Assembly (NCBI GenBank): GCA_019058245.1
Contig: JAHPZJ010000024.1
Coordinates: forward strand, 1-64,000
DNA: 64,000 nucleotides
Reading direction: 5' to 3'
DNA from: Promethearchaeota archaeon
Lineage (GTDB): Archaea > Asgardarchaeota > Lokiarchaeia > Sigyniarchaeales > SOKP01
In this document: in pieces, positions 60,512-64,000 of the stretch
How positions within the stretch are numbered: the first letter of the stretch is position 1
Layout: the number at the start of each line of letters is the position of its first letter
Program-made: the position numbers and the translations under genes
Notes under the pieces: model-generated
Databases searched by the model: none
What the model saw: only the letters and a program-made list of their open reading frames with translations
Told to the model about the DNA's origin: nothing

Positions 60512-61030
60512 CTAATATCTGCTAATGTTAATTAATTGTTTTATAATTCTTTCAAATACTAATTCAACATTGTAACCCGTTTTCGCTGAAGTTTTGATAT
60601 AATCTATCATATTAAAGGTGTTTTTTAGATTTATAGCACTTTCATCATCAACAGCAATTACATCGTCTAAATCTAATTTTGTTCCTACAAGAATAATTGG
60701 TAAATTAATATCATGCAATCGAGCAATATTTACCCATTTTAAAATATCATTTATAACAGGCATTCGGGTTAAATCAAATAAAAGAAGTGCGGCTCGAGCG
60801 CCCATTACAAAATTTTCAAGAAGATATCTAAAGCGTTCTTGACCTCCTAAATCCCATAATTGAAGTAAGCAATGTGAATTATTAAAATTAATTTCTTTGG
60901 TAAAAAAGTCAACACCCACCGTCATAATTGAACTTTGATCGAACATTCCGTCGACATATCGTCTTAACAAAGATGTCTTTCCTACTGAGGCATTTCCTGC
61001 TACTAAAATTTTAAAAATATAGTTCTTCAT
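60512..61030 (-). CDS. Rab-like small GTPase
   Basis: FKILVAGNASVGKTS, TVGVDF, WDLGGQERF, GTKLD, TSAK; no C-terminal prenylation Cys. Confidence 0.92.
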   Translation of the reverse strand: MKNYIFKILVAGNASVGKTSLLRRYVDGMFDQSSIMTVGVDFFTKEINFNNSHCLLQLWDLGGQERFRYLLENFVMGARAALLLFDLTRMPVINDILKWVNIARLHDINLPIILVGTKLDLDDVIAVDDESAINLKNTFNMIDYIKTSAKTGYNVELVFERIIKQLINISRY

Positions 61031-61105
61031 GTTTAAATGGGTATATAATATGAATGTAAACTCACATATTTATTTTAATACTTAAAATTATATTGAATTC
61101 AAATC

Positions 61106-63370
61106 TTAATTAATCTGTAATTCTTGCATCAATATTTCATCAATTTCTTGTAAATGGGGTTTTAATATTTGATTTAATTGATTTTGGATTTTAAATTTAG
61201 TATAATTCATATTGTTTTTCTTGATAAAAGTATTAGTTGAATTTTTCGCAACTAATTGAATACTTTTGCCTAATTCTGCTAATCTATTATGAGATGGAGT
61301 CCTCCTATCAAATTTTTTAATTGGAAAATTTAGTGGAAGTTTAAAGATATGTCTTGAACTTTTTAAAATTTTTATTTGTTCTGTCATTAGATTAGAATTT
61401 AAGATAGCGGACAAATAATGAGCTTCTTCTATACTATTTGTATCGAAGAAACTCAAGTCTCCTGTGACTAAGAAATTTCCTTTTATTACTGCCGCACTTA
61501 ATATAGAACCTGAATTATTATAAACCACTTTTATTTTAGATTTCTGTCTTTCATTTATCAGTTTTGACCATCGATTCAAGTTATCCATTAAAGTTCTATG
61601 TTTGGTCGTGGCTTTTTTATTTTCTTTGTATACTTGGTTGATTTTATCATAGAAGAGTTTTGCATGGTATTTTAAATCATTATATATAAATTTTAAATCA
61701 GATTTTCTAAGTGGTAAAAAAACATTATAGAAGTTGTAAACATGGAACTTTACTAACTCAGTACTTTTAATGACTTTAAATAAATATTCTTTTTCTAGAA
61801 TTACATCTTTAAATTCGTTTTTATTCCAAGGTGCTTTAGCTCTCTTAAAAATTCTCATATCGGGATTAATTTTTATTAAACCATCAGATAGATTCTCAAC
61901 TTTAACAAATATTAGATTTCGTGGGTTTAAATCTGCTCCCTTATGAAAAAGTGTTTTATAATGACTTTCTTTTATGGTTAATAAATTCTTAATTTCTTTT
62001 TCTGAGAGAATTTTTGATACATAGGCTTTCCCACCTTTTTTTTCAATTGAATATGGCAATAGAGGAATTTTCTTGTCCAGTTTTAATTTTAGCGGCATAA
62101 AATAGTCTACAAATTTAAAATCTTTATTTATTATGTAATGATATGACATAATTTTATTATCCCCATTTTCAAAATTCTCTTCTGTTTTTACTCCAAATAA
62201 ACAAATAAAGTCAATTTTAAACACATTTTCTATTTTTTTATCAAATGTCCAAATTTTTATATTTGAAAATCCTTTAAAATTACGGAATCTAGAAGCATGA
62301 GAACCAGTAATAACTCCTTTCGTTATGACAAAAAAAATTTTAGCACCATCTTTCATAAATAATTTTCGAGCATTTGCAAAAAATAAGGTTGATATTTCTA
62401 GATTTAGAAGATTTTTAGGTAAGGGTTTTATTTCTAATTCTTCTGCTAGCCTTTTAACTTTCTCTTGAGATGAAGTAGAATCAATATCTCGATATGTATA
62501 CCAAGGTGGATTTCCTATTACTAGATCAAATGTGTCTTTCAGATTATTTTTCATTTGAAAAAGTGAATCCGCGACTTTTAAATTTAACTTAATATGCGGA
62601 ATCGTATCTTTTAATAAATACAAGAAGTTAATTTTAGTTAAGAAAATAGAAATTGGATTTATATCATAACCAAAAATTCTATTTATTGCATTAATTTTAT
62701 TTTCCTTTGATTCATTTCGAGATTTAATATTTTTTATAATAGCAATTAGAAAATTACCAGTACCACAACATGGATCAATAACAAATTCACCAAAAGAATA
62801 AGATTCTCTAACCATTTGTTCAGCCAAAAAAGGAGGGGTATAATATTCTCCAGAATTATGTCTTGTAAGCGGAGAAATTATTTTTTGAATTAAATAATCA
62901 AATATATATTCGGGTTTTAAACTTAATTGAAGGATATATTCAAATACACTCTGAACTAGTTCATAAAAAACAGTTAAATCTTGTTGTTCTGATTCTGATA
63001 ATAATATAAGCGGATTAAAATATCTAAAAGAAAAAACTGAATAGTTATTGCAACTTAAATTAACCTTATCTTCAATTTTTCTAAAAGATTCTCTATTAAT
63101 TTTGCGATTATTGAATAGATTTTGATTTTTTAGGATAAACCAATAAATAAAAATATAACCTATAAGATAGATTAAAGCTGAAATTATATATAGCTGAAGT
63201 GTAGTTTGTTTTTTACCGTATATCTTTATAAAATCTTTCCTCCATAGCTTAAATTCTTCTTTCTCGAATATTTCATTTTCTCTTAAAATATCTTCAATTT
63301 TTTTCAGATTTTCAGTTATAAAATTGAAATCTAAGCCATTATTTTCTTTTGGACTCAGTATAAACGCCAA
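61106..63370 (-). CDS. N6-adenine DNA methyltransferase (gamma class, Type IIG/IIL-like, with target-recognition region)
   Basis: GEYYTP, DPCCGTGNF (motif I), GYDINP, GNPPW (motif IV), YLSAILNS. Confidence 0.88.
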   Translation of the reverse strand: MAFILSPKENNGLDFNFITENLKKIEDILRENEIFEKEEFKLWRKDFIKIYGKKQTTLQLYIISALIYLIGYIFIYWFILKNQNLFNNRKINRESFRKIEDKVNLSCNNYSVFSFRYFNPLILLSESEQQDLTVFYELVQSVFEYILQLSLKPEYIFDYLIQKIISPLTRHNSGEYYTPPFLAEQMVRESYSFGEFVIDPCCGTGNFLIAIIKNIKSRNESKENKINAINRIFGYDINPISIFLTKINFLYLLKDTIPHIKLNLKVADSLFQMKNNLKDTFDLVIGNPPWYTYRDIDSTSSQEKVKRLAEELEIKPLPKNLLNLEISTLFFANARKLFMKDGAKIFFVITKGVITGSHASRFRNFKGFSNIKIWTFDKKIENVFKIDFICLFGVKTEENFENGDNKIMSYHYIINKDFKFVDYFMPLKLKLDKKIPLLPYSIEKKGGKAYVSKILSEKEIKNLLTIKESHYKTLFHKGADLNPRNLIFVKVENLSDGLIKINPDMRIFKRAKAPWNKNEFKDVILEKEYLFKVIKSTELVKFHVYNFYNVFLPLRKSDLKFIYNDLKYHAKLFYDKINQVYKENKKATTKHRTLMDNLNRWSKLINERQKSKIKVVYNNSGSILSAAVIKGNFLVTGDLSFFDTNSIEEAHYLSAILNSNLMTEQIKILKSSRHIFKLPLNFPIKKFDRRTPSHNRLAELGKSIQLVAKNSTNTFIKKNNMNYTKFKIQNQLNQILKPHLQEIDEILMQELQIN

Positions 63371-63485
63371 AAATTCATACTCCTTTTTCTTTTTTGCCTA
63401 ACATAATCAATGAATTAATATTTAAATATTAATTAAATATTTGTATATTAATTATTAAACCTAAAAATATACGAATAATTACACC

Positions 63486-64000
63486 TTGACATCAATAGAT
63501 ATAAAAATTTCAAAAAAACTTGAGAATGGAATTGAATTTACGTGTCAAATGTGCGGTAAATGTTGTCGAGGCTTCAATGAAGGAGAAGTTTATTTGTATA
63601 AAGATGATATTCTCAGATTAACTAAATTCTTTAGAATTAAGGGGAAAAAAGGTTTAAGTGATTTTGCTGATAAATATTTTAAACTTGTTGATGATTCTTT
63701 TTTCTGGAAAGAACCAGGTGCACAGAGAGGAAAAACTTATCACTACAAAACAATTGGATATAAGTTTACAGGAGAAGATGAAAATTGTCATTTTCTTGTA
63801 AATAATAAATGTAGTGTTCACAAAGCTCGACCTTTCCAGTGTAGATCATTTCCATTTTGGCAAATGATGGTATCAAGTAGAAAAAATTTTGAGGATTATA
63901 CCAGAAAATGTAAAGGTTTACAAACTCTAAAAGGAAAATTTTATACAAAAGAAGAAATCTTAGATTGGGCAAAAAAAGAATATGAAATTGAGAAGAAATA
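63486..64000 (+). CDS. YkgJ-family CxxCxxCC Fe-S/Zn cluster protein (truncated by window end)
   Basis: Not in the ORF track; TTG 63486, FTCQMCGKCCRG...CHFL...CSVHKARPFQCRSFPFW...CKG. Confidence 0.88.
   Translation, partial: MTSIDIKISKKLENGIEFTCQMCGKCCRGFNEGEVYLYKDDILRLTKFFRIKGKKGLSDFADKYFKLVDDSFFWKEPGAQRGKTYHYKTIGYKFTGEDENCHFLVNNKCSVHKARPFQCRSFPFWQMMVSSRKNFEDYTRKCKGLQTLKGKFYTKEEILDWAKKEYEIEKK

Noticed and set aside
5966-63972. Many 60-140 aa ORF-track entries antisense to or nested in long genes (e.g. 9024..9419, 11354..11755, 33419..33769, 34481..34912, 54238..54573, 60618..60842, 63766..63972)
   Set aside because: Shadow ORFs overlapping well-supported genes, with Ser/Ile/Phe-rich antisense composition and no motifs.

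Overview
Very AT-rich archaeal chromosomal segment. Gene content points to an Asgard archaeon, most likely Lokiarchaeia (inferred, not searched): TFB, PAC2, HdrBC, DUF39-CBS homocysteine synthase, three small GTPases, longin/uDENN-like and tandem roadblock proteins, and three JAMM/MPN proteins. I recognised no rRNA, tRNA, CRISPR array or intact transposase. Recognisable blocks are a MoxR-vWA pair, two minimal Fe-S systems (SufC/SufB-like SMS and IscS/IscU MIS), a CotH-VTC-DUF4956 cluster, a copper-efflux locus, a JAMM/coiled-coil cluster beside a ChlI-vWA fusion, HdrBC, homocysteine biosynthesis and an N6-adenine methyltransferase. The best leads: (1) a ~150-nt multi-helix, possibly pseudoknotted intergenic RNA at 59463-59609; (2) an uncalled 37-aa peptide of tandem acidic-Trp motifs at 14876-14989; (3) three catalytically intact JAMM proteins with long helical tails, a candidate PCI-less MPN heterocomplex; (4) a small Cys/His domain present both at the CopA C-terminus and as an uncalled stand-alone gene; (5) probable ATA start codons, a codon-diverged afpA relic and a nonsense-split histidine kinase. 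All family calls come from motif recognition by eye; no searches were run.
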